A stretch of DNA of 64,000 bases, from positions 32,001 to 96,000 of the forward strand of contig JBCNUW010000004.1 in NCBI GenBank assembly GCA_039630575.1, in the 5' to 3' direction. Under the pieces are notes generated by a model. It was given only the letters and a program-made list of their open reading frames with translations, had not been told where the DNA came from and searched no databases. The position numbers and the translations under genes are program-made. The DNA is from Candidatus Hydrothermales bacterium (GTDB lineage: Bacteria; Hydrothermota; Hydrothermia; Hydrothermales; JAJRUZ01). Shown here one piece after another: positions 52,467 through 62,143 of the stretch (position 1 is the stretch's first letter; each line of letters opens with the position of its first letter).

Positions 52467-53519
52467 TTAATATGGAAATTTATTTAATTTTTTTCTAATT
52501 CTTTCTTCCAATTCAAGTGATAAATTTTTAAATAACTTATTTAGATTTAAAATTTTTAATAAATAATAAAATTTCCTATACTTTTTGAAATTCCTATTAA
52601 AGGTTAAATAAAAAAAGTCAAAGTAACTTTTTTTCTTTATGTCTTCTTCTTTTTTTATCTTAAAAAGAAAATTATTAACTCTTTCAAGATAGTTATGTTT
52701 ATTTATGACTACATTTTTAGCTTTTTCCTTCATTTCTTCTCTTTTTTCATCTCTTTCAAGGAAATATTCAATTTTTTTATAAATTTCATCTTTATTTTTA
52801 TAAATAACAACCTCATTTTCATTATATATCTCGTTTATATGCTTTATAAAAGGAGAAAATAAAAGGGAGCCACAGGCAGGAACTTCAAAGGTTCTCATGT
52901 TAATATCTTTTCTTACAGGTAGGTTAAAGCCAATTTTCCCTTTACTTTGAATTTTTGCCATCTCTTCAAGGTATATTTTTTCCTTGACAAGGATCTTAAT
53001 TCCCTTTAAATTATTCTCCATTTCTTTAAAAAATTTTTCTCTTTCTTTGTTTAGATGCCCTATAAAAACTATGTCGTATTCTTTTATTTTAAACCACTCT
53101 TTATGAATTTCTGGGTCACAGGCAAGGGGAAGCCAATTAGGATTTATACCATATTTTTTAAACCAAGGAATAAGTGATTTTTGGGCAACGAAGACATAAT
53201 CAAATAATTTGGCAAAATTCTTATGCCACCTATAGTTTAAATGGCTATCAATAAGCCAAACTGCCTTTTTAACTTTTACATCTAAAAGATCTTCAATGAA
53301 AAAACCCTTACCAGGGTCTGTTTCTACATATAAAAAAAGATCAGGTTCAAATATTTCTTTAAAAATTTTTTTAAGATTTAATATATGTGAACTTAGAAAA
53401 TAATCTGTCCCTTCATCATAAGAAACAAAAACTGTATCTGGTTCTTTTCTTTTAAGATATTTATAAAAATAAGAAACAGTTGCAAAAGGTTTATACCCGG
53501 AAAATAGAATTATCTTCAT
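52467..53519 (-). CDS. Glycosyltransferase (CgeB-like)
   Basis: WLIDSH, LPLACDP, DINMRTFE. Confidence 0.8.
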   Translation of the reverse strand: MKIILFSGYKPFATVSYFYKYLKRKEPDTVFVSYDEGTDYFLSSHILNLKKIFKEIFEPDLFLYVETDPGKGFFIEDLLDVKVKKAVWLIDSHLNYRWHKNFAKLFDYVFVAQKSLIPWFKKYGINPNWLPLACDPEIHKEWFKIKEYDIVFIGHLNKEREKFFKEMENNLKGIKILVKEKIYLEEMAKIQSKGKIGFNLPVRKDINMRTFEVPACGSLLFSPFIKHINEIYNENEVVIYKNKDEIYKKIEYFLERDEKREEMKEKAKNVVINKHNYLERVNNFLFKIKKEEDIKKKSYFDFFYLTFNRNFKKYRKFYYLLKILNLNKLFKNLSLELEERIRKKLNKFPY

Positions 53520-54639
53520 CTATAGCAATTGAAAGACCTATAAAGAAAAAAAGGGGTAAAAGAATTTCGTCGGCAAAAATATTTATTTCAAAAAGCCCAT
53601 ACGTCAAAAAGGCAAAAAGATTTAAAAAGTTTAAAAAAGAAAAAATATTTCTCTTTGAGTTTCTGTAAAGAATAAGTAGAAGATAAAGGTATAGGGAATA
53701 AAGGAAAATAAAGCCAAAAATGCCGAAATAAAAAAGAACTTGTAGATAACTTACATGAAAATGATTCATATGCTTTAAAAGATTGAGTTTTTCCTTATTA
53801 AAATTTTCTTTTTCAAGTTGTGAGACTATCTTTTCTGTATGGACTCTTCCATATCCGAAAAACACTCTCTTAAAGAAAAAATCTGGAAAAGCCCTAATAA
53901 GTTCTAATCTTTTTTTTAAACTTTCCTCTCTTAATGCCGCTTCTCTTAAATTTAATGGATTTTTTAAAAGAAATGAAATTGAAAAAATTAAAAATACTAT
54001 GGCTAAAGGTAAAATTAGTTTTCTTTTGAATTTATAGATCAGAATTATTAAGGTTAAAAAGGTTACAATCAGTGCTCCTCTTGAATCAGTTAAAATTAAA
54101 CCCAGAAGAAGTATTAAAAAGCTTAAAAAAAATATTAATTTTTGGGCTTTCTTTTTTTTAATAAAAAAAAGTCCCATTGAGAAAACTGTTGGTATCATAA
54201 GAAATCCAGAATAGGTAAGAGGGTGAAGAAAAAAACCATGGGCTCTTCCTTCATTTGCAGTCCCCTTTAAAATGTTGAAAATTGAATATAAAACTGAGAT
54301 TAAGGAAAAGATTAAAAAAATTTTTAAAATTTTTTCTAACTTAATTTTTTCATTAAAAATAAAAGCTGTAAGAAGTATTCCAAAATAAAAAAAGTATTCC
54401 CTAATCCTTTTGATTGCATCAAAGGGATCATACGATAAAAATGCTGATACTGTATAGGATAATAAAAAAAGAAAGAAGATTAAATAAAAAGTTTTAAATC
54501 TTCTTGAAAAGACTACAAATTCCTTAAATTTTATGATCGGAACTATTATAAAAGACACAAATAAAATGGATGACAAAGTAATTGAAATTGGGAATGAAAT
54601 TGGAGCTAAAATATAGATAATTTGTGAGAATATTTTCAT
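53491..54639 (-). CDS. O-antigen ligase family protein
   Basis: Multiple TMs, SRGA, FGYG, HFHVSYLQ..GIFG. Confidence 0.8.
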   Translation of the reverse strand: MKIFSQIIYILAPISFPISITLSSILFVSFIIVPIIKFKEFVVFSRRFKTFYLIFFLFLLSYTVSAFLSYDPFDAIKRIREYFFYFGILLTAFIFNEKIKLEKILKIFLIFSLISVLYSIFNILKGTANEGRAHGFFLHPLTYSGFLMIPTVFSMGLFFIKKKKAQKLIFFLSFLILLLGLILTDSRGALIVTFLTLIILIYKFKRKLILPLAIVFLIFSISFLLKNPLNLREAALREESLKKRLELIRAFPDFFFKRVFFGYGRVHTEKIVSQLEKENFNKEKLNLLKHMNHFHVSYLQVLFYFGIFGFIFLYSLYLYLLLILYRNSKRNIFSFLNFLNLFAFLTYGLFEINIFADEILLPLFFFIGLSIAIDEDNSIFRV

Positions 54640-54669
54640 TTAGAAATTATAAAAGCTTAAAATAATTAA

Positions 54670-55254
54670 ATGCATATAAAAATTATTTATATTATTTTAT
54701 CCTATTTTTTAGGAGCAATACCATTTGGATATTTATTTGTTAAAACTTTAAGGGGTATTGACATAAGAAAGTTTGGAAGCGGAAACATAGGTGCTACAAA
54801 TGTTTTTAGGTATGACAAAAAATTAGGTGCTTTAACCTTAATTTTTGATACTGCTAAGTCTTTTCTTCCAACATTCTTTGCTATAAAATTTTTTTCTTTT
54901 AATTTCGCAATTTTCGTTGCTTTCTCCTCTATTTTGGGGCATATTACTTCTCCTTTTCTTAATTTCAGAGGAGGAAAAGGCATTGCTACAGCCTTTGGAG
55001 CCTATCTTGCTCTTGCTCCCTTTGCTGTTTTTATAGCTTTCCTTTTCTTCGTTACCTTTCTTTTACTTTTTAGAATTGTTTCTCTTAGTTCACTTGTTGC
55101 CTCATTAGCATGCCTTATAGTTATAGTATTTATTGAGGACTACCCTATTTACTTTGATTTTTTGTCTTTAATAGTAGTTTTCATTATTTATCTTGCACAT
55201 CTTTCAAATATAAAAAGACTTTTGAAAGGAACTGAAAGAAAGATCAACTTATAG
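54670..55254 (+). CDS. plsY: Glycerol-3-phosphate acyltransferase PlsY
   Basis: GSGNIGATN, GGKGIAT, H.SNIKRL. Confidence 0.95.
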   Translation: MHIKIIYIILSYFLGAIPFGYLFVKTLRGIDIRKFGSGNIGATNVFRYDKKLGALTLIFDTAKSFLPTFFAIKFFSFNFAIFVAFSSILGHITSPFLNFRGGKGIATAFGAYLALAPFAVFIAFLFFVTFLLLFRIVSLSSLVASLACLIVIVFIEDYPIYFDFLSLIVVFIIYLAHLSNIKRLLKGTERKINL

Positions 55255-56112
55255 GTGGATTTCAGCAATTTTATTATTGGAATTAGTGATTATAATGATG
55301 GGTTTGAGGCAGTGAGGGATTTTAAACCTTTTTCTATTTTTTTGACAAGTTCCTTTAGAAACAAAGATTTGAGGGAGATAAAGGAGTTCATAAGAGATTT
55401 AAAAAAATTTTCAGGTTATGATTTGAAGTTTTCTACAGACCAGGAGGGTGGTTATGCCTCTTGGATTTTAGATGGGTATCCATCTCCGATGAGATGGGCG
55501 CAGAAAAGTTTTAAGGAGTTTGAAAGATCCTGTAAAGAAATGGCAAGAAAGCTCAAAAATATCGGTATTGATATAAATTTTGCTCCCTGTGTTGATATTT
55601 GCTATGACAATGAAAACGAAGTAATTTGCAAAAAAGAAAGAAGTTTTAGCAATAGTTTAAAAACTGTTGTGGACTATTCGTATAGATTTTATAAGATTAT
55701 GAAAGAAAATGGAATAGAGTGTTGTGCCAAACATTTTGTTAATCAGGCAAGAGCAAAGGATGATCCCCATAAGGATTTACCTATATCTGATTTTAGTCTT
55801 AAAGATATTATAAAAGATTTTTTACCCTATAAAGTATTAATAAAAGAAGGTCTTTTTTATATAATGGTTGGTTATATAAAATATAAAAAAATTTCAGAGG
55901 AACCTGTTATTTTTTCTAGTTATTTCATAAAAGAATTATTAAGGAAAAGGCTTTCTTTTAGGGGAAAGGTGATAACTGATGACTTATTGATGGGTGGAAT
56001 AAAAAAGTTTTATCCACTAAGCGAAAGTATTAAACTTTCCATAAAAGCTGGTTGTGATCTTATTTTAATTTCTGATTTTAAATTTTTGAAAAAATTTTTA
56101 AAAAAATCATAA
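55255..56112 (+). CDS. GH3 beta-N-acetylhexosaminidase (NagZ-like)
   Basis: DQEGG, NFAP, RSF, KHF..DPH, TDDL.M. Confidence 0.85.
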   Translation: MDFSNFIIGISDYNDGFEAVRDFKPFSIFLTSSFRNKDLREIKEFIRDLKKFSGYDLKFSTDQEGGYASWILDGYPSPMRWAQKSFKEFERSCKEMARKLKNIGIDINFAPCVDICYDNENEVICKKERSFSNSLKTVVDYSYRFYKIMKENGIECCAKHFVNQARAKDDPHKDLPISDFSLKDIIKDFLPYKVLIKEGLFYIMVGYIKYKKISEEPVIFSSYFIKELLRKRLSFRGKVITDDLLMGGIKKFYPLSESIKLSIKAGCDLILISDFKFLKKFLKKS

Positions 56113-56129
56113 AATTTTAAATCTACAAG

Positions 56130-56819
56130 ATGAAAGGATTATTCTTAGTTACTCCAGCAATTTTGTTTTCTCTTGGGATTTCACCATGTGATTTTCCTTT
56201 AGCGAGAAATCTCTCCAGGGGAGAGTATAAATTTGATGTAAGGTTTTATGGTAGTGGTGGTATTTTATTTTCTTTTGATGCCGCAATACTTGATAAATTT
56301 TTGATTGGTCTAAGATACGGAGGAACGGGGATTGTTGGTTCCGAAGGTGTTAAATTTAATCCTGCTCCTGGTGTTAATGTTTCATATTTAATGTTAGATG
56401 AATCAAGATATGTACCATCGATGATGGTAGGAATAGAGACTCAGGGTTTTGATCATTACATTGAAAGTAGTGAGAGATATTTTATAAAGTCAAGAGGTTT
56501 ATATTTATGTGTAAGTAAAGAGTTCCCTTTTTTATCTGGTTTAATTTTAAATGGAGGAATAAACAGGACCTTTGAAACAAAGGATGAAAAAAACGGTCTT
56601 GATTTATTCTCTTCTTTAATTTTTAATTTTTCAAAGGAATTTGGTATTTTTTTTGAGTATGCTCTCGGATATAATGACCCTTTACATAAAGAAGGTATTT
56701 TTAATTCTGGTATCTCTTTTAATTTTATAGATCAGTTTTTCTTTTCTTTTTCTTTTAGGGATTTGTTATCAGACTCTTATACTAGAACTTTTCAAGTAGG
56801 ATATAGGGGTTATCTATGA
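56130..56819 (+). CDS. Putative outer-membrane beta-barrel protein
   Basis: Signal peptide, alternating beta-strand pattern, aromatic C-terminus. Confidence 0.6.
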   Translation: MKGLFLVTPAILFSLGISPCDFPLARNLSRGEYKFDVRFYGSGGILFSFDAAILDKFLIGLRYGGTGIVGSEGVKFNPAPGVNVSYLMLDESRYVPSMMVGIETQGFDHYIESSERYFIKSRGLYLCVSKEFPFLSGLILNGGINRTFETKDEKNGLDLFSSLIFNFSKEFGIFFEYALGYNDPLHKEGIFNSGISFNFIDQFFFSFSFRDLLSDSYTRTFQVGYRGYL

Positions 56820-57751
56820 AAAAGCTTAGAGTTGGAACTATAGGAGTTGGGTATCTTGGTTCAATTCATGTGAAACTCTTAAAGGAGATTGAAGAAGCTG
56901 AGGTTGTTTGTGTTTATGACTTAAGGGAGGACAGAGCAAAGGAGGTAGCGAAGGAGTTTGATCTATATCAAGCTAATTCTCCAAATGAACTTTTAGAGAT
57001 GGTTGATGCTGTAACATGTGCGGTTCCTACACTCTCGCATTATGAAGTTGGACTTATGGTTTTAAAAAACAATAAGCATCTTTTTATGGAAAAACCAATA
57101 ACAACAAAAATTAGTGAAGCAAAAAGACTTGTGAAAGAAGCAGAAAAAAGGGGACTTGTTTTACAGGTTGGTTTTGTAGAAAGGCTAAATCCTGGTATTT
57201 TGAGTATAAAGGATATTATTTCAAATCCGATGTTTATTGAGGCAGAAAGACTTACCACTTTTGTTGGTAGAGGTACAGATGTAGATGTTATTCTTGATCT
57301 TATGGTTCACGACATAGATCTTATTCTGTTGTTTAAAAATTCAGAAATAAAAAAATTAGAGGCTGTGGGTGTTCCTGTTATAACTGATAAAATAGATATT
57401 GCAAATGTTAGGGTTGAATTTAAGGACGGAGGTGTTTGTAATTTAACTGCTTCAAGAATATCAAGAGAGCCTTTTAGAAAGATTCGTTTTTTTCAAAGGG
57501 ATACTTATATTTCTGTTGATTTGAAGGAGAAATCAGCGCAGGTTTATATAAAGAAGGATTCGCAAATTTTGCCCTATCCAGTTAAAAGTTTTAATATTAA
57601 TCCATTAAAGGAAGAGCTTAAAAATTTCATTAGAGCCTGTTTGTATGGCGAAAAAGTTCTTGTAGATGGGAGAGAAGCTATAAAGAGTTTAGCTATTGCC
57701 CTAAGGATAAAAAGGATCATAGAGAATAATCTAAAAAGGATAAAATTTTGA
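56816..57751 (+). CDS. Gfo/Idh/MocA oxidoreductase, GnnA-like
   Basis: GVGYLG, EKP, ERLNP, DVILDLMVHD, NLTASRIS; lpxB context. Confidence 0.85.
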   Translation: MKKLRVGTIGVGYLGSIHVKLLKEIEEAEVVCVYDLREDRAKEVAKEFDLYQANSPNELLEMVDAVTCAVPTLSHYEVGLMVLKNNKHLFMEKPITTKISEAKRLVKEAEKRGLVLQVGFVERLNPGILSIKDIISNPMFIEAERLTTFVGRGTDVDVILDLMVHDIDLILLFKNSEIKKLEAVGVPVITDKIDIANVRVEFKDGGVCNLTASRISREPFRKIRFFQRDTYISVDLKEKSAQVYIKKDSQILPYPVKSFNINPLKEELKNFIRACLYGEKVLVDGREAIKSLAIALRIKRIIENNLKRIKF

Positions 57752-58314
57752 GTAGTTTCGGTGAGTTTTTATACAGAAACAGAGATAAAACATCTGTTCC
57801 CTTCTTTATAATTATGTTATTTTTCTCAGATCCCAATTTTAAAAATTTTTTATTATTTCCGCTACTACTTTTAGGCGAGTTTTTAAGGATTTACAGTTTG
57901 ATGTATGTGGGTGAGTTAACGCGTGCAAAAGAAATTAAAGCAAATTTTCTTGTTACAGGTGGTCCTTATTCTTTTGTTAGAAATCCTATTTATTTAGGTA
58001 ATTTTTTTATAGGTCTTTTTTTTGTTTTTTTTTATAATCCTCCGATTATTTTTTATTTTTTATTTTTTATTTTATTTTTTGCCCAATATTATTTTATAAT
58101 ACTAGAGGAGGAGAAGTTCTTAGAAAGGCAATTTGGAGAAGAATATAGGGAATATAAGAGAAAAACTTTTAGATTTATACCTAAATTTTCGCCGTTTGAG
58201 AAAAGAACAAAAAGAGTATACGGTTTTAAAGAGGTAATAAAATTTGAGAAGTCAACTTTGGTACTTATCTTTTTTCTAATAATTTTGGGCTTTTTACTAA
58301 ATTTTTTAAAATGA
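57748..58314 (+). CDS. ICMT-family membrane methyltransferase
   Basis: LVTGGPY..RNPIYLGN, EEEKFL..FGEEY..Y..RFIP. Confidence 0.85.
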   Translation: MSSFGEFLYRNRDKTSVPFFIIMLFFSDPNFKNFLLFPLLLLGEFLRIYSLMYVGELTRAKEIKANFLVTGGPYSFVRNPIYLGNFFIGLFFVFFYNPPIIFYFLFFILFFAQYYFIILEEEKFLERQFGEEYREYKRKTFRFIPKFSPFEKRTKRVYGFKEVIKFEKSTLVLIFFLIILGFLLNFLK

Positions 58315-59387
58315 AAATTCTTTTCGTAGCAGGTGAGCTTTCCGGTGATAGGAATGCTTCTTTTCTTATAAATAAGTTGAGGGAAAAAAGCAAGGATTTA
58401 GAAATTTATGCTTATGCTGGAAAGGAGAGTGAAAAACAGGGAGCAATTTTGATTGAAGATATAACTCACAGGGCAGTTGTTGGTTTTACCGAGGCTTTTG
58501 GTACTGTTTTTTATTTTAAAAATTTACTCAAAGAAATTTATAATTTTGTAAGGAAAAAAAACATAAAAAAGGTCGTTCTTGTTGATTTTCCTGGTTTTAA
58601 CTTAAATCTTGCAAGAATTTTAAAGAGGATAGACAGAGAAATTTTTTATTTTATACCACCTCAAGTTTGGGCATGGGGGTCTTGGAGGATTAAGGAACTT
58701 AGGAAATACACCGATAAGGTTCTCTCCACATTTCCCTTTGAGGCAGAGTTTTTAAGAAAAAAGAAAGTTAATGCTTTTTTTGTTGGTAATCCAATAGTTG
58801 AGCGGATCAGATGGAATGAAAATAAGGAAAAGATTATTATTTTCCTACCTGGTTCAAGAAAAAAGGAAATAAAAAGGCATGTTAAGGATATGATTAGAAT
58901 AAGAGATTATATAGAAAGGGATTTTAAAGATTATAGATTTTTAATTTCACTTTTATATAGTGATAGTGAGATCCTTTCTAAGGTTGAAGGTAAGTTTGAG
59001 ATCATTGAGGGAGAGGCAGCACCATATATAGAGAAAGCAAGGTATGCAATTACAGTGAGTGGAACAGCGGCACTTGAATGTGCTCTTGCAGGGACTCCTA
59101 TGGTTGTTATATATAAAGTTTCAGAATTTACATATGTTTTAGGAAGGATGTTAACTAAAATTCCTTATGTCTCACTTGTAAATATAATTTTAAAAAAAAG
59201 AGTTATTCCTGAGTATGTCCAACATATAAATTTAAAGGAAATTAGAGAATTTTTAGTTACACTTAACTCAAAAAAAGAAAAATTAGAAGAAATCATTAGC
59301 TCCCTAAAATATTTGCGGCAAATACTTAAAAGTGAGAAAATTTTTAATCCTGTTTATTTAATACTAAATAAATTGAATAAAAATTAG
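58311..59387 (+). CDS. lpxB: Lipid-A-disaccharide synthase
   Basis: AGELSGD, DFPGFN, PPQVWAW, FPFE, LPGSR, SGTA. Confidence 0.95.
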   Translation: MKILFVAGELSGDRNASFLINKLREKSKDLEIYAYAGKESEKQGAILIEDITHRAVVGFTEAFGTVFYFKNLLKEIYNFVRKKNIKKVVLVDFPGFNLNLARILKRIDREIFYFIPPQVWAWGSWRIKELRKYTDKVLSTFPFEAEFLRKKKVNAFFVGNPIVERIRWNENKEKIIIFLPGSRKKEIKRHVKDMIRIRDYIERDFKDYRFLISLLYSDSEILSKVEGKFEIIEGEAAPYIEKARYAITVSGTAALECALAGTPMVVIYKVSEFTYVLGRMLTKIPYVSLVNIILKKRVIPEYVQHINLKEIREFLVTLNSKKEKLEEIISSLKYLRQILKSEKIFNPVYLILNKLNKN

Positions 59388-59445
59388 ATTTTTAAATAAT
59401 TTTAATTATAATTTTTATGAAAATGGCCTCTACCAATAAAAATAC

Positions 59446-59474
59446 TTGACAAAGTTTCTTTTTGATGTTATAAT
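59446..59474 (+). promoter_or_regulatory. Consensus sigma70 promoter of hup
   Basis: TTGACA-17-TATAAT with TG extended -10. Confidence 0.85.
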
Positions 59475-59483
59475 AATTTATAA

Positions 59484-59821
59484 ACCCGGGGGACGGAAAA
59501 TCTAAAAAGGAGGTAAAAAATGAATAAAGCAGAACTTATCGATTATGTTGCAAATAATGCAAAAATATCAAAAAAGGCTGCTGCAGCAGCCGTTGATGCA
59601 TTTGTAGATGCTGTTAAACAAACCTTAAAAAAAGGATCAGAGTTAAGACTTGTTGGATTTGGAACCTTTGGAGTAAAGAAAAGAAAAGCAAGAAAGGGCA
59701 GGAATCCAAAAACAGGAGCTGAAATAAATATACCTGCCCAGAAAGTTCCATTTTTTAGACCTTCTTCTGATCTCAAAAATATTTTGAAAAAATAAAATTA
59801 TCAAAAAGAGTTCCCCCGGGT
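59484..59821 (+). repeat. 10-bp inverted repeat bracketing hup
   Basis: ACCCGGGGGA 59484-59493 and TCCCCCGGGT 59812-59821. Confidence 0.7.
59520..59795 (+). CDS. hup: DNA-binding protein HU
   Basis: MNKAEL, GFGTF, GRNPKTG. Confidence 0.97.
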   Translation: MNKAELIDYVANNAKISKKAAAAAVDAFVDAVKQTLKKGSELRLVGFGTFGVKKRKARKGRNPKTGAEINIPAQKVPFFRPSSDLKNILKK

Positions 59822-60135
59822 CTAAATTTTTCTATTACTTCTTAATTTTTCTATTTCCATACCTGATTTCTTTACTTCTACCTGATATATTAAAAGGATT
59901 AAAAATCATATCAATTTTAATTTCCTTAATCATGCTTTTCTATTCTATTTCACTTTTAAAAGATTTTCCCCTCTATAAAAGATATAAAGAGTTGATAGAG
60001 GATGATTTTAGTATTTATATTTTGAGAATTTCTACCTTTTCACTCTCAGCCGTTTTAGTTAATCTAAGTTTTACTAATTTATTTTTTATTTTGTTTTTCT
60101 TTATAGCATCCTTTATCTTTTTAAAAGATGAATAA
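59797..60135 (+). CDS. Small membrane protein, start uncertain
   Basis: Frame is open from 59788 and encodes further hydrophobic helices upstream of the called ATG 59932. Confidence 0.5.
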   Translation: MIKKSSPGSKFFYYFLIFLFPYLISLLLPDILKGLKIISILISLIMLFYSISLLKDFPLYKRYKELIEDDFSIYILRISTFSLSAVLVNLSFTNLFFILFFFIASFIFLKDE

Positions 60136-61387
60136 TTTACCATTTTTTGTGATCGTTGGTAAGGTTAATGTAGGTAAAAGCACACTCTTTAATTCAATAG
60201 TCGGGAAGAATATTGCGGTTACACACAGTATTCCTGGTGTCACAAGAGATGTTTTAAGAAAGAAAGTTTTCTTTGATGATTTTGCCTTTGAAATTTGTGA
60301 TACTGGTGGTCTTTTTAATTCTCTTGATCCTTTAAGTGAGGAGGTAGAAAAAAAAATTTTAGAAGTATTAGATGAGGCAGATGCTTTTTTATTTGTTGTA
60401 GATGCAAAGGAAGGTTTGACCGAGAAAGACAAATTGATTATGGATATGTTAAGAAAAAAGGGAAAACCTATTTACTTAATTATTAATAAAATTGATGTAA
60501 AGGAAAAAAAAGAGGAAGAATTTGATGAATTAGCTATTAATAATGAGAGAATTTTTAAAATATCAGCTTCTCACAAAATTGGAATCTCTGCGTTAATAGA
60601 AAGATTATCGAGAGATTTTCCCTTTAAGGGAGAAAAAATTTCAAGAATTCCTGTGGTAATAATAGGAAGACCTAATGTTGGAAAGTCTTCTATTTTAAAT
60701 TCTCTAATAGGTAAAGATCATGCTTTAGTATCACCTATTCCTGGAACTACAAGAGACCCTGTTGAGTTTGAAATTAACGAATTTATTTTCATAGACACTG
60801 CAGGAATAAAAAGTAAATTTAATAGTGATCTTGAGTACTTTTCCTATGTTAAAACTTCTCACTCTGTAGATTATGCTTTAATTGTTTTGTTTGTTATGGA
60901 TGTAAGAGAGCCCTTTACGAGAATTGAGAGAAAAATTTTGTCGCTAATTGAGGAAAAGGGTAAGGGTATTATTATTATATTAAACAAAATAGATTTATTA
61001 TCAAAAAAGGAAATAAGTGATATTTATAGTGAAAAAAGAGCGCTTTATCCTTACTTTTCCTATATTCCTCATATTTTTACATCAGCTACCTTGAAATATG
61101 GAATAGATTCTATCCCTTCAAAAATTAAAGATGTCTGGAAAGAGATGAACAGAGAAATAAAAAGAAGTGAACTTAAAAAGTTTTTATTAAAGGCGATAAA
61201 GGAAAACTCACCACCCTGTTATATTAAGGATATAAGAGAAATAAGTAGAATTCCTCGTATTTACGCAGTTTTTTCGACTGATCTTTTAAGTAATGATTAC
61301 ATTAGGTATCTAAAGAATAAATTTAGGAAAGAGTTTAGATTTATGGGTGTTCCTTTTAAGGTATTTAATAAAGTTTATAAGTATTAA
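60128..61387 (+). CDS. der: Ribosome biogenesis GTPase Der
   Basis: Two G domains (NVGKS, GVTRD/GTTRD, DTG/DTAG, NKID). Confidence 0.93.
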   Translation: MNNLPFFVIVGKVNVGKSTLFNSIVGKNIAVTHSIPGVTRDVLRKKVFFDDFAFEICDTGGLFNSLDPLSEEVEKKILEVLDEADAFLFVVDAKEGLTEKDKLIMDMLRKKGKPIYLIINKIDVKEKKEEEFDELAINNERIFKISASHKIGISALIERLSRDFPFKGEKISRIPVVIIGRPNVGKSSILNSLIGKDHALVSPIPGTTRDPVEFEINEFIFIDTAGIKSKFNSDLEYFSYVKTSHSVDYALIVLFVMDVREPFTRIERKILSLIEEKGKGIIIILNKIDLLSKKEISDIYSEKRALYPYFSYIPHIFTSATLKYGIDSIPSKIKDVWKEMNREIKRSELKKFLLKAIKENSPPCYIKDIREISRIPRIYAVFSTDLLSNDYIRYLKNKFRKEFRFMGVPFKVFNKVYKY

Positions 61388-61388
61388 T

Positions 61389-62114
61389 TTAGAATAAAAC
61401 CTGACAGTTTTCACAGAAATAGGTTTTTCTTTTTGTTTTTCCCGTCAATTTTAATTTAACCTTTTCTTTACAAATCTTACAATATTTTTTTCCGTAGATT
61501 AGAAGATAATTTTTTAGTGATTTTTTTGATTTTCTTATATTATAAAAAAGTCTAGAAAAGGAGATGGTTTCTTTAATCAAATTTTCTATATATTCCTCTT
61601 CTATTTTTTTACCTACACTTAATGGATGAACTTTAGCTCTGAAGAGTGCTTCATTTTTAATTATGTTTCCAACACCAGCAAAAATTCTTTGATCTAAGAG
61701 GAGGTCGCAAATGAACTCCTTTGAATTAATTATCTTTTTTTTCGTCTTAAGAATGTCAAATTGTTTTTTCATTATATCAGTACTCGGATCGAAAATGAAA
61801 TCTTCCTTGTTTAAAATTCTAATTGATGTGTTGTAAAAATTTATAAAAGTATCATTAAATTTTATTGATAGTCTCTCTTTCTTTTCCTTTTCTATTTTAT
61901 TAATCCTTATCGAGCCGTACATCAAGAAATGGATTATAAGGTAAAAAAAATCAAATTCAAATATTAAATATTTGCCATGGCTTTTTATATCTATAATTTT
62001 TTTTCCTAAAATTATTTCCTTATTTTCACGAGTATTTCCTTTGACCTCTAATGGAGTTTTTCCCTTTAGAAATTTTAATCTTTTTGCTATGAGGAAGACA
62101 CAAGGTCCCTCCAT
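61389..62114 (-). CDS. Fpg/Nei family DNA glycosylase-like protein
   Basis: HGK, H.LMYG, LLDQ..AGVGN, C-terminal C4 zinc finger. Confidence 0.88.
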   Translation of the reverse strand: MEGPCVFLIAKRLKFLKGKTPLEVKGNTRENKEIILGKKIIDIKSHGKYLIFEFDFFYLIIHFLMYGSIRINKIEKEKKERLSIKFNDTFINFYNTSIRILNKEDFIFDPSTDIMKKQFDILKTKKKIINSKEFICDLLLDQRIFAGVGNIIKNEALFRAKVHPLSVGKKIEEEYIENLIKETISFSRLFYNIRKSKKSLKNYLLIYGKKYCKICKEKVKLKLTGKTKRKTYFCENCQVLF

Positions 62115-62143
62115 AAAGTTATACTGCTACTTTTAAAAAAAGC

